Shown here one piece after another: positions 9,340 through 18,072 of a stretch of DNA of 64,000 nt. Position 1 is the first letter of the stretch. Each line of letters begins with the position of its first letter. Source of the DNA: Micropepsaceae bacterium (GTDB lineage Bacteria; Pseudomonadota; Alphaproteobacteria; Micropepsales; Micropepsaceae); NCBI GenBank assembly GCA_031976175.1, contig DALYLR010000003.1, forward strand, positions 15,976-79,975, written 5' to 3'. The position numbers were made by a program, and so were the translations under genes. Below the pieces are notes generated by a model. It made no database searches and was not told the DNA's origin. It saw nothing but the letters and a program-made list of their open reading frames with translations.

Positions 9340-10019
9340 TGGAAAATCTCCTTTACTTGCGTTTTGAGATGCGCGCCGTCGGCCTTCCAGGTCCCCGTCA
9401 CGGTGTCGAGGACCTTGTCGATCTCTCCAAAGGAGAGCTGAGCCAATTCACGGGCGTACCAAACGACCAAATCTGTCATGACGCCTGCTTCCTCGACGCC
9501 CGACTTCAAGACATTGGCGCCCAATTGCTTGCTCACATCGTTGACCCGTGCATTGTGCACCATGGTGCCGATGAGGTGATGGAAGCCCGTCTGCTGAAAG
9601 TAACGCATCGACAAGGCAATCATCGCGGCCTTCGCGTTCACCCCGTGCTCGCTGCGCCGGTAGGCATGCGCCACCGTCAAATAGGAGCCGATCAAGGTGT
9701 GCTCAGGGTCAGGCATTGCCAGCAGTTTCTGATATTCCGCCGCAGGCCACATCCTGAAGTAACTGTCATCGCGTACCCAGGGAGCCCTTAAGTCCTTGAT
9801 ATGAAATAAAACACATCCAACCGGGTGATCTCTATCAAACAATGTCAATATTTGATCCTGCCTTGACCATTGATCGCCACGCACAGTGCGCGGGTCCCAA
9901 CCATATTTTCGATAGGCATCTTGCCAGACCTCCAACCACATGTGGTAGGCGCTCTCAACGCGCGCCTTTTCATTTGATCTGATGACTTTTGGGTTGAATG
10001 CTATTGCGCTTAACTGCAT
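9336..10019 (-). CDS. hypothetical protein, possibly GNAT/autoinducer-synthase-fold acyltransferase
   Basis: ORF 9336..10085. ATG 10019 (MQLSAIAF...) is preceded by GAGAGG. The C-terminal half (LIGSYLTVAHAYRR...AKAAMIALSMRYFQQTGFHHLIGTMVHNARV) looks like an acyl-CoA/ACP N-acyltransferase core, judged by eye only. The 5' half is visibly AT-richer than its surroundings. Confidence 0.4.
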   Translation of the reverse strand: MQLSAIAFNPKVIRSNEKARVESAYHMWLEVWQDAYRKYGWDPRTVRGDQWSRQDQILTLFDRDHPVGCVLFHIKDLRAPWVRDDSYFRMWPAAEYQKLLAMPDPEHTLIGSYLTVAHAYRRSEHGVNAKAAMIALSMRYFQQTGFHHLIGTMVHNARVNDVSKQLGANVLKSGVEEAGVMTDLVVWYARELAQLSFGEIDKVLDTVTGTWKADGAHLKTQVKEIFQ

Positions 10020-10233
10020 GAGGCACCTCTCTAATGCGAAGAGCACTGATAAGGTCTCCCGAAACTGCGCTTGGCGTAAATACAAGAATTGAACATTCTG
10101 CGTCGAATACTGCGTCCGGGAGTTGACATTTGCGTGGTTCAGGTTGCCGGCTCACGACACAATCAATCCCCGTCACCTGCAACCAAGGACACGATCGCTG
10201 GCGCTCCGCCTTGCACCAGGCTAAATTCCCGCC

Positions 10234-12576
10234 ATGCCCCCACGCCGCCAAAAAGGTCTCTCCGAGGCCCCCGCCACCTTTGAGCACGCTGCCGCCGCCG
10301 AGGCGTTTATCGCCACGCAGCTTCCCATGTTCGCACCGCACCGCCCGGAGCGGCCGGAGAAGTCCGAGGGCGGCCGCGCTCTCACCATCAAATCCGACTT
10401 GACGCCAAAGGGTGATCAGCCTGCGGCCATTGCCGAGCTGGTTGAAGGCCTGGTCCAGCGCAATGAGCGCGATCAGGTTCTGCTGGGCGTCACAGGCTCC
10501 GGCAAGACCTTCACCATGGCCCAAGTGATCCAGGCAACACAGCGCCCCGCGCTGATCCTGGCGCCGAACAAGACGCTCGCAGCCCAGCTCTATCAGGAGT
10601 TCAAGAGCTTCTTCCCCGACAACGCGGTTGAGTATTTCGTCAGCTACTACGACTACTACCAGCCCGAGGCCTATGTTCCGCGTACGGACACCTATATCGA
10701 GAAAGAGTCCTCCATCAACGAACAGATCGACCGCATGCGCCACGCGGCGACACGTGCGATCCTTGAGCGCGATGATGTGGTGATCGTGGCGAGCGTGAGC
10801 TGCATCTATGGTATCGGCTCGGTCGAGACCTATACCGCGATGACCTTCACCATCAAAGCGGGCAGCCAGATCAGCCGTAACGAGTTGCTCGCCAATCTGG
10901 TGGCTCTGCAATACCGCCGCAATGATGCGAGCTTTGTGCGCGGCACCTTCCGTGTGCGCGGCGATACGGTCGAACTGTTCCCCGCCCACTTGGAGGACCG
11001 CGCCTGGCGCATCGCCTTGTTTGGCAATGATGTGGAGAGCATCACCGAGTTCGATCCTCTGACGGGCAAGAAGACCGCCGAGATGCCCCAGGTCAAAGTC
11101 TATGCGAACTCCCACTATGTGACGCCCAAGCCGACCCTCCAGCAAGCCATGAAGGGCATCAAGGATGAGTTGCGCCATACGGTCGACCGCTATGTGCAGC
11201 AAGGCAAATTGCTTGAGGCCCAGCGCATCGAACAGCGCACGACCTTGGATCTAGAGATGATGGAGGCGACCGGCTCCTGCCCTGGCATTGAGAATTACTC
11301 CCGCTGGCTCACTGGCCGCCAGCCTGGTGAGCCGCCGCCAACCCTGTTCGAATATCTGCCCGACAATGCCCTGGTCTTCGTGGACGAGAGCCATGTCACC
11401 ATCCCGCAATTGGGCGGCATGTATCGCGGCGACCGGCGGCGCAAGGAGACCTTGGCCGAATATGGCTTCCGCTTGCCCTCCTGCGTCGATAACCGCCCGC
11501 TCAAATTCGAAGAGTGGGACGCGATGCGCACCAATACCGTCTGCGTGTCGGCGACACCCGGCAGTTGGGAGATGGAGCGCGCGGGCGGTGTGTTCGCGGA
11601 ACAAGTGATCCGCCCGACGGGCCTTATCGACCCGCCGGTGATCATCCGCCCCGTCGACAGCCAGGTTGACGATCTGGTGGCCGAAGCGCGCGAGACTGCC
11701 GCCAAGGGCTACCGCTCACTCGTCACGGTCTTGACTAAAAAGATGGCGGAGGACCTGACCGAATACCTCCACGAGCAAGGCATCAAGGTGCGCTATATGC
11801 ACTCCGACGTCGATACGCTGGAGCGCATAGAAATCATCCGCGATTTGCGCCTTGGCACCTTCGATGTGCTGGTCGGTATCAACCTGCTGCGCGAAGGTCT
11901 CGATATTCCGGAATGCGCGCTGGTGGCCATTCTGGACGCCGACAAGGAAGGGTTCTTGCGTTCGGAAACCTCGCTGATCCAAACCATCGGCCGCGCCGCC
12001 CGCAATATCGACGGCCGGGTTATTCTCTATGCTGATCATGTTACCGGCAGCATGGAACGCGCCATGGCGGAAACCAACCGCCGCCGCGAGAAGCAGCAGG
12101 CCTATAATAAGGAGCACGGCATCACGCCCTCCAGCGTGCGCAAATCGATCGCCGACATTATGAACTCGCCTTATGAGCGCGATCATGTCTTGGTCAAGAC
12201 GGGCACCGAGAAGGACGCGCCCCTGATCGGGCATAATCTGCGTGCGCATCTCGATGCGCTGAAGAAAAAGATGGCGGAGAAAGCCGCCAACCTGGAATTC
12301 GAAGCCGCCGCCCGCATCCGCGATGAAATCAAAAAGCTCGAAGCGGCCGAGCTCGCGGTCGCTGACGATCCGTTCGCGCGCCAGTCCGATGTCGACGAAG
12401 CGAAGTCGGCGGCCGTCAAACCGAATTACCGCAAGCAAGCAAAGGCGGAGCCCGTTGCGCCGCGCGAGCCTTACGTCCGCAACATCGATCCCGACCGCCA
12501 TGGCCGCGACGATCCGTTTGCCAAGCCCGCCAAAAAATCTGGCCCCGCCAAAAGCTGGCGCGGCAAGCGGCGTTAG
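10234..12576 (+). CDS. uvrB: excinuclease ABC subunit B
   Basis: GVTGSGKTF Walker [11 protein letters not shown] beta-hairpin, [16 protein letters not shown], and a C-terminal UVR motif ([17 protein letters not shown]). Collinear with E. coli UvrB, plus a basic C-terminal extension. Confidence 0.97.
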   Translation: MPPRRQKGLSEAPATFEHAAAAEAFIATQLPMFAPHRPERPEKSEGGRALTIKSDLTPKGDQPAAIAELVEGLVQRNERDQVLLGVTGSGKTFTMAQVIQATQRPALILAPNKTLAAQLYQEFKSFFPDNAVEYFVSYYDYYQPEAYVPRTDTYIEKESSINEQIDRMRHAATRAILERDDVVIVASVSCIYGIGSVETYTAMTFTIKAGSQISRNELLANLVALQYRRNDASFVRGTFRVRGDTVELFPAHLEDRAWRIALFGNDVESITEFDPLTGKKTAEMPQVKVYANSHYVTPKPTLQQAMKGIKDELRHTVDRYVQQGKLLEAQRIEQRTTLDLEMMEATGSCPGIENYSRWLTGRQPGEPPPTLFEYLPDNALVFVDESHVTIPQLGGMYRGDRRRKETLAEYGFRLPSCVDNRPLKFEEWDAMRTNTVCVSATPGSWEMERAGGVFAEQVIRPTGLIDPPVIIRPVDSQVDDLVAEARETAAKGYRSLVTVLTKKMAEDLTEYLHEQGIKVRYMHSDVDTLERIEIIRDLRLGTFDVLVGINLLREGLDIPECALVAILDADKEGFLRSETSLIQTIGRAARNIDGRVILYADHVTGSMERAMAETNRRREKQQAYNKEHGITPSSVRKSIADIMNSPYERDHVLVKTGTEKDAPLIGHNLRAHLDALKKKMAEKAANLEFEAAARIRDEIKKLEAAELAVADDPFARQSDVDEAKSAAVKPNYRKQAKAEPVAPREPYVRNIDPDRHGRDDPFAKPAKKSGPAKSWRGKRR

Positions 12577-12587
12577 CCCCTCGCGCC

Positions 12588-12616
12588 TTGACGATTTGGC
12601 TACGCGTAGCTACAAT
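12588..12616 (+). promoter_or_regulatory. sigma70-type promoter with a palindromic operator in the spacer (TA locus 2)
   Basis: TTGACG (12588-12593), 17-nt spacer, TACAAT (12611-12616). The spacer contains the perfect palindrome GCTACGCGTAGC (12598-12609). ATG lies 6 nt after the -10. Confidence 0.5.
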
Positions 12617-12622
12617 CTAGCG

Positions 12623-12970
12623 ATGCCAGTCTTTACAATGAAGGATGCGAAGAACCGTCTGACTGAGCTCGCGCGCTTGGTCGAGCGTGGGGAGCGCGTG
12701 GTCGTCACCCGTCATGGCAAGGAAGTCTTGGAACTGGTGCCGCCGCGCAAGAAGGGGCTCGACATGGAGGCCGGTCAGCGCTGGCTGCAGGAGCATGGCA
12801 TTTCCGACCCCTTTCCCTACATTGCTCCGGATTTTGATGATCCGTTGCCGGAGGATTTCCTTATCAAGCCCGTACCGGCCAAATCCGAAAGCGCCTCAAG
12901 GCTCAAGACAAAGCGGGTCTCACCAAAGGAATCTGCGCGGACTGCGCGGCGGAAAACTAAAGCCCGCTAA
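12623..12970 (+). CDS. vapB: Phd/YefM-type antitoxin with a basic C-terminal tail
   Basis: MPVFTMKDAKNRLTELARLVERGERVVVTRHGKEVLELVP. Paralog of 45977..46237. Stop/start junction TAATG with the PIN gene. Confidence 0.8.
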   Translation: MPVFTMKDAKNRLTELARLVERGERVVVTRHGKEVLELVPPRKKGLDMEAGQRWLQEHGISDPFPYIAPDFDDPLPEDFLIKPVPAKSESASRLKTKRVSPKESARTARRKTKAR

Positions 12971-13353
12971 TGCGCCTCTTGGTCGATACGCACATCTTCA
13001 TCGCTTTGGGCAGGAAGACCTTGGACAAGGCCTATCCTGTTCAATCCGCCATACTCAGCCTATCCGAGAACATTGACGTCAGTGTCGCAAGCTTCTGGGA
13101 GATTGCCATCAAGGTTCGCTTGGGCAAGCTTGAGATAGGCGTTGCCTTGACAGATTTGGGTCGCGTTGCTTCAGCGAACGGTGTGGGCGTCATTCCTATT
13201 GAGGAGCGGCATGTGACGCATCTGCTGCAACCCGAACCAACCGTTCGCGACCCCTTTGACCGCCTGCTTCTTGCAGTCGCACAAGTGGACGGGATGCGGC
13301 TGGTCACGAACGACCGGGTTTTGGCCAAACATCCTGTAGCCGCGCGATCTTGA
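12970..13353 (+). CDS. vapC: PIN-domain toxin (VapC-like)
   Basis: MRLLVDTHIFI..., SFWEIAIKVRLGKL, DPFDRLLLAVAQ. Paralog of 45588..45974. Confidence 0.85.
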   Translation: MRLLVDTHIFIALGRKTLDKAYPVQSAILSLSENIDVSVASFWEIAIKVRLGKLEIGVALTDLGRVASANGVGVIPIEERHVTHLLQPEPTVRDPFDRLLLAVAQVDGMRLVTNDRVLAKHPVAARS

Positions 13354-13364
13354 GCAAAACAATA

Positions 13365-13390
13365 CCCCCTTGCGTGCCAGCGCAAGGGGG
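13365..13390. terminator. bidirectional stem-loop between convergent genes
   Basis: CCCCCTTGCG (13365-13374) pairs with CGCAAGGGGG (13381-13390) around a 6-nt loop. There is no clear U-tract on either side. Confidence 0.5.
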
Positions 13391-13424
13391 CATCCGTCCG
13401 CACGCCTGACGAAGGGTCAGAGCA

Positions 13425-14024
13425 TCACCCCTCCTCCTCCGGATTGCGGCCACGATTGCGCGAGAAGAAGTTGCGCTCTGCCTCATACTTCGCCACCCGC
13501 CCGATGATCTTGGGCCAGAAGTGGCGCATATCGCGGCTGACGATGCCGAGAAGGCTGACCGCCACAAGGAAGAAAATCACGCCAGCAATGATGAGGGTGG
13601 TCAAGCTGAACTGGCTGATGAAATCCGTCCCGAATGCCAGCCATCCCATGCCAAACAGCACGAGCCCAATTACAAAGATCCGCAAGATGATTGCGTAGCT
13701 GGAGTGGAAGGAGTTGGACACATCCCGGAACAAGTGGTCGCGGTTATTCTCCTCCAGGACCGCCAGAAGGCCGTTATACTCCCGCTCGTGATGCCAGTTG
13801 CTGAACATGCCGCGCATCACTAGGAGAAAAAACAATGCGCCACCCACAACAACCAGAACAATTGTCGTGTCGTCTTTCTCAGAAATATTTCGTAGTGGAG
13901 CTTTGTAACTCGACGCCACGTCCTGAAACGATTCAGAGAGTGACATCAGTATTCTACCGCGCTCATTGGTTTGAAAGATGAAAAGGCCGAAGATCGCCAG
14001 GATCGTGAACAAGAAGACTCTCAT
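13425..14024 (-). CDS. hypothetical integral membrane protein
   Basis: About four hydrophobic segments (FLFTILAIFGLFIF; IVLVVVGGALFFLLV; IILRIFVIGLVLFGMGWLAF; LIIAGVIFFLVAVSLLGIV). No family recognised. The 5' part is AT-richer. Confidence 0.6.
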   Translation of the reverse strand: MRVFLFTILAIFGLFIFQTNERGRILMSLSESFQDVASSYKAPLRNISEKDDTTIVLVVVGGALFFLLVMRGMFSNWHHEREYNGLLAVLEENNRDHLFRDVSNSFHSSYAIILRIFVIGLVLFGMGWLAFGTDFISQFSLTTLIIAGVIFFLVAVSLLGIVSRDMRHFWPKIIGRVAKYEAERNFFSRNRGRNPEEEG

Positions 14025-14582
14025 GTCAAACCCCCATTTAACAATTAGAGTTACTCTGTACTGCTGAGCTCCATTGCATCAACTCTGATCACATACTTTG
14101 TTCAGCCAGCCTAAGTTACCAAAATGGCAAGATTACGCATTAACTATCAAACGTTGTTTTTGGGAATCTTGCGCCTCACCTGTCGCCGGCCGGTGCCTAA
14201 TTCGCTTTGCGATGCCTAGACCGGTGTAAAGAATCGCTCATCACACAACTTGCGCCACTGACGCGCGACCATTTTCGCGCCCGGTGACTTCCGCGCTATT
14301 TCACATTCTTTTTGCGCGTAACTTCGACGAACTACACCAGACTGTTCAAAAATCTGAATCGCGCACCGGGGATTTGCGTGGAACGACATTTTTCACTCAT
14401 TCGGAGACTTTTTGTCCGATCTCGGAACTTTTTGCCCGATGTAGGCCAGTGTTTGACCTGATACGCGTCTTTGGTGTATCCAATTGCCGTATTGGAGCTT
14501 TCAGACGAATTCTGCTCCTGAAGAGCCGAAATCTGCGTTGGTCTGACAAAAAGGAATAACGACGGCAAGAAGGAACCAGAGC

Positions 14583-15740
14583 GTGCCAATTCTAGACGAG
14601 CGGCAGCGGGCCTTGGGCTTACTCGCAATGGCTGTTTTGAACCGGTGCGACACAAACCAAAAGAGCATGCTCCACGACTTAGATGCTCTTTTTGTAGGCG
14701 AAGGAGGCTTTCCCAAGAAAAAGCTCACGCCCTTCCTAAAGGGAGCGGAAGCTTTGCCGGCTCCCGCCACAGAGGCCATGGCGCAGCTGCTGCGCCGGTG
14801 GCTTACGCCGGGCACCAAGGAAAGCGCCCCGATTGAACCAGACCTCCCTGCTCTTGCGCCGATCATGGACGCTGCGGGCCTGCAGATTGTCGAGCGCCAA
14901 GACGTTTTGGACTTGCGTCCCATTGACCGGGAGTTTTTGCGGGCGCTGCATATAAAGGGCGATCATAAGAACCCGCGACACCTGCTTGAGCAGATTGAAG
15001 GCTTCTGGTTCGTGATCCGTTTTTCAACTGGGGATGCTCCTGACATGGTCGGCACCATGTTCAACGTGGCACTTTTGAGCATTCATCCATTGCGCTTTAT
15101 GAGTGAACGCGCAGGACCCGAAAACTCCATTGTCTATCGCAGCCATCAGACACTCGTGCCGCACTTCACATTGCGAGCCCGATTTGGGGCCGGAGCGGCC
15201 CGAAGCACCGCGCAGCGGTCGCAAATCTATCGAGGCCGGCTTCTTGAGCCCGACCGCGCGATCAACTTTGTTGGCAACCGCACCGAGACCGCCAAAATGT
15301 TTGCCATGGAATGGTGGCCTCCCCGCGCCGGACCAGTGCCACCGCATGCGGTGGACGCCCATGGTATTGTCACCACCGGAAACTCTTTGGATGGCACGGT
15401 CACAGGGCCTGTCAGCGCTTGCCACATCCCCTATCCGGCGCCGGTGCGGCAACGCATCTCCGAGATGCAGCCCCGCAATGGCGACGCCCCGCCCAACAAG
15501 TCTTTGTCGCATGAGTTGAGACAACTGCGCAAAGAGCTGGAACATTTTATCGGCAGCTACAGCGAAGACGACATCTTGAAAACACTCCGAGCGCCACATC
15601 AGAGCAAGGCACTGGGACAAGCCGTCGCCCTATGCGATCCAGAAGCCTTGACGCGCGCCCTCGCTTATTTGCATGACTCCCGAACGCGCCTGCAAAATGG
15701 CCAATTTGGCGGCAATTATCAGGTTCGCGCGTTTGATTGA
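14583..15740 (+). CDS. hypothetical protein (no family recognised)
   Basis: 385-codon ORF with a GTG start preceded by AAGGAA. No motifs recognised. Preceded by a ~560-bp AT-rich non-coding region. Confidence 0.5.
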   Translation: MPILDERQRALGLLAMAVLNRCDTNQKSMLHDLDALFVGEGGFPKKKLTPFLKGAEALPAPATEAMAQLLRRWLTPGTKESAPIEPDLPALAPIMDAAGLQIVERQDVLDLRPIDREFLRALHIKGDHKNPRHLLEQIEGFWFVIRFSTGDAPDMVGTMFNVALLSIHPLRFMSERAGPENSIVYRSHQTLVPHFTLRARFGAGAARSTAQRSQIYRGRLLEPDRAINFVGNRTETAKMFAMEWWPPRAGPVPPHAVDAHGIVTTGNSLDGTVTGPVSACHIPYPAPVRQRISEMQPRNGDAPPNKSLSHELRQLRKELEHFIGSYSEDDILKTLRAPHQSKALGQAVALCDPEALTRALAYLHDSRTRLQNGQFGGNYQVRAFD

Positions 15741-15749
15741 CGCCTGCGC

Positions 15750-16517
15750 CTAATCACGGTGCGGCCGGTGCATCGCTGTCCCGCAATGCCTGCAATGCAG
15801 CGCGTCCGCTTCATGTTCCAGAAGCCCGCACTCCTTGCACCGCCAATGCACCCGGCGCGACCGGAACAGCGCGCTTGCCAGCTGCAAAAACAGCGTTACA
15901 CCCAGCAGCATTATGACAACGCTGATCAGCTGGCCATGTGATCCCACAAGCGTAATGTCGCCAAAGCCGGTCGTGGTCAGGGCCGTGACCGTGAAGTACA
16001 GAGCATCGCTGTAGTTCTGGATTTTCGGATTGATCGTGTGCTGTGTCTCATAGACGAGCGCCGTCATCAGAAACAAGAAGACCAACAGATTGACGCCCGC
16101 ATTGAGTGCGGCCGGATTATCCCTGAAGAACGAAATATCGGCCCGCAGCTGGCGCAGGAAACGATAGGATGTGAGCACACGCGTGATGCGCAAGGCGCGC
16201 AGGAACGCGAAGTTCTGACCGATCAGCGGCAAGATCAGCGACAAGATCACGATGATGTCGATGGCGCTCTGCGGATGGACCAATTCCTTGCTGCGCGGCT
16301 CGGCGGACCAGATGCGCAAGCCGAACTCCACGATCAGAATCGCGCCGATGATCCCGTCAACAGCCTCCATCCAAGATTCTCGTGGCAAAAACGACGACGC
16401 CACGATGTAAAAGAGCACCAGGAAATCGAATGCCACGAGCCCGAAGACAAAGATGCGCCCGCTCCCCCGCGCCCCTTGATATAGCTCCCGGACGGTTTGT
16501 CGTAGTGACTGAGCCAT
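15750..16517 (-). CDS. voltage-gated-type (6TM) potassium channel protein with a C-terminal CxxC...CxxC zinc-ribbon
   Basis: S4-like LRALRITRVLTSYRFLRQLR. Pore/selectivity filter TVTALTTTGFGDIT. C-terminus WRCKECGLLEHEADALHCRHCG. Start is 16517 (MAQSLRQ) or 16553. Confidence 0.8.
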   Translation of the reverse strand: MAQSLRQTVRELYQGARGSGRIFVFGLVAFDFLVLFYIVASSFLPRESWMEAVDGIIGAILIVEFGLRIWSAEPRSKELVHPQSAIDIIVILSLILPLIGQNFAFLRALRITRVLTSYRFLRQLRADISFFRDNPAALNAGVNLLVFLFLMTALVYETQHTINPKIQNYSDALYFTVTALTTTGFGDITLVGSHGQLISVVIMLLGVTLFLQLASALFRSRRVHWRCKECGLLEHEADALHCRHCGTAMHRPHRD

Positions 16518-16570
16518 TGCGCCCAACCAAGCAAGTGGCGCGCACAATTGCAACGTGAAAGGACAACGCG

Positions 16571-17185
16571 ATGCACACCCTCTACCAATTCCACCTTTCG
16601 GGGAACTGCTACAAAGTACGCCTCACCGCGCGCCACGCCAGCATCCCCATTGCGCTGCAGGATGTGGACATCATCGGCGGCGAGACCCGCGGGCACGCCT
16701 TCCTCAAGCTCAACCCCAACGGCCGGGTTCCCACGCTGGTGCTGGAGGACGGCAGGGCTCTGCCCGAATCCAACGCCATCATGTGGTTCCTCGCCGAGGA
16801 CACCGCCCTTCTGCCTGCGGACAAATGGGCCCGCGCGCAGATCCTGCAATGGCTGTTCTTTGAGCAGTATAGCCACGAGCCCTATATCGCCACGCGCCGC
16901 TATTGGGTTGCTTTTGCCCCGCTTGAGGCGCGCAAGACCAAAGACCACATGCTCCAGCCTTGGCTCGATGGCGGTTATGCAGCCCTCGGCGTGATGGAGC
17001 AGCATCTGGCGGCGCAGGATTGGTTCGCGGCCGGCCAATTCACCATCGCCGACATCGCGCTCTATGCCTACACGCATGTCGCTCATGAAGGCGGGTTTGA
17101 CCTGAAGCCCTACCCTGCGGTCTTGCGCTGGCTTGACCGGGTCGCGCGCCAGCCTGGGCACATGACGATCGCGGCCCGCGCCTAA
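16571..17185 (+). CDS. glutathione S-transferase family protein
   Basis: N-terminal thioredoxin-like GST fold motif: LKLNPNGRVPTLVLEDGRALPESNAIMWFLAE. Confidence 0.9.
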   Translation: MHTLYQFHLSGNCYKVRLTARHASIPIALQDVDIIGGETRGHAFLKLNPNGRVPTLVLEDGRALPESNAIMWFLAEDTALLPADKWARAQILQWLFFEQYSHEPYIATRRYWVAFAPLEARKTKDHMLQPWLDGGYAALGVMEQHLAAQDWFAAGQFTIADIALYAYTHVAHEGGFDLKPYPAVLRWLDRVARQPGHMTIAARA

Positions 17186-17192
17186 ACCTGCG

Positions 17193-17897
17193 TCATGCCA
17201 ACAGCGCGCGCGCCGTGATCACTTGCGCCGCGGGCACCGAGCCCATGATGCAGTGCGGCGCTTCGACCATGACATTTGTGTGCGTGGCATCCACATCCTG
17301 CAGGCAGGACCGCCAATCGACAATCCCGTCCTTGGGCGAGTATACCGCTGTCACGGGCGCTTGCGGGTTGCGCTGCACTTCCTCACGCAGGCCTAAGAAC
17401 TCCGGATCGTGGAATGGCTCCAGCGCCCAGACGAACGGCGCCAACGAGGTCTCGACCGGAAAGCGGATCGGCGAGCAGAGCGTCACGATCCGCCGCACGC
17501 GCTCAGGGTGGCGCTGCGCCATCACGCGGGCAAAGACGCCTCCCAAACTGGCGCCTACCAGATCGATGGGTGCGCCCGCCCGGTCGGACCAGCGCAAGAG
17601 CCGGGCTTCCAGATCCGCAATGACCCGTCTGGTCGGGCCCGGATTGAAGCGCAAACCGCTCGCGACGACCTGAAAGCCCCGTGCGCGCAGGAAATTGCGG
17701 TGGCGCTCCGTCGCCCAGTCGCCCGTCAAAAACCCTGGCAGCACCAAGACCATCTGCCCAGACGCGCGCGGCAGGGCCTCGGTGGGGTAGCAAGGCGGCG
17801 CCATCCGGCACTGCGCAAGCGCGGCCATCTCCCGCGCCCAGGACTTGAAGCCTAAGGGCGATGTCTGGCCGGGTGCGCGCGCTGAGGATGCGGTCAT
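17193..17897 (-). CDS. alpha/beta hydrolase (paralog of 5365..6162)
   Basis: GASLGG nucleophile elbow and VTLCSPI. Collinear by eye with the 5365 gene. Start at ATG 17897 chosen by alignment with the paralog and an upstream GAGAAGG. Confidence 0.7.
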   Translation of the reverse strand: MTASSARAPGQTSPLGFKSWAREMAALAQCRMAPPCYPTEALPRASGQMVLVLPGFLTGDWATERHRNFLRARGFQVVASGLRFNPGPTRRVIADLEARLLRWSDRAGAPIDLVGASLGGVFARVMAQRHPERVRRIVTLCSPIRFPVETSLAPFVWALEPFHDPEFLGLREEVQRNPQAPVTAVYSPKDGIVDWRSCLQDVDATHTNVMVEAPHCIMGSVPAAQVITARALLA

Positions 17898-18016
17898 ATG
17901 AGGCCTTCTCGCAAATATTGTCGCACTCTGCCATGAGTTTTTGAGCGCCATCCGGCCAATCGCGGTCTGGCAGCAACAGACCGGCCGCAATTCCCCTATG
18001 GGTAGTTTGTAGACCT

Positions 18017-18024
18017 TTAACCAT
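18017..18024. promoter_or_regulatory. CtrA half-site-like TTAACCAT
   Basis: Exact TTAACCAT about 50 bp upstream of the 18073 start, in a divergent intergenic region. A single 8-mer, so it could be chance. Confidence 0.2.
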
Positions 18025-18072
18025 CACGCTCCACGCGGAAGTATACCGAATCAAAAATCAGGGAGGCCCCCT

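Noticed and set aside
10086-10233. Searched for an alphaproteobacterial LexA box (GTTC-N7-GTTC / GAAC-N7-GAAC) upstream of uvrB.
   Set aside because: No match found. Only a CTGCGTC direct repeat (10098 and 10110) of unknown significance is present, too weak to report as a site.
12323-12622. Upstream part of ORF 12323..12970, which would fuse 100 aa to the antitoxin.
   Set aside because: It overlaps the 3' end of uvrB in another frame. The antitoxin paralog and the promoter/palindrome at 12588-12616 place the real start at 12623.
14380-14445. GGAAC motifs that could be EcfG (general stress sigma) -35 elements upstream of the 385-aa gene; the rpoH upstream region was also checked.
   Set aside because: No CGTT -10 element lies at the required 16-17 nt spacing in either place.
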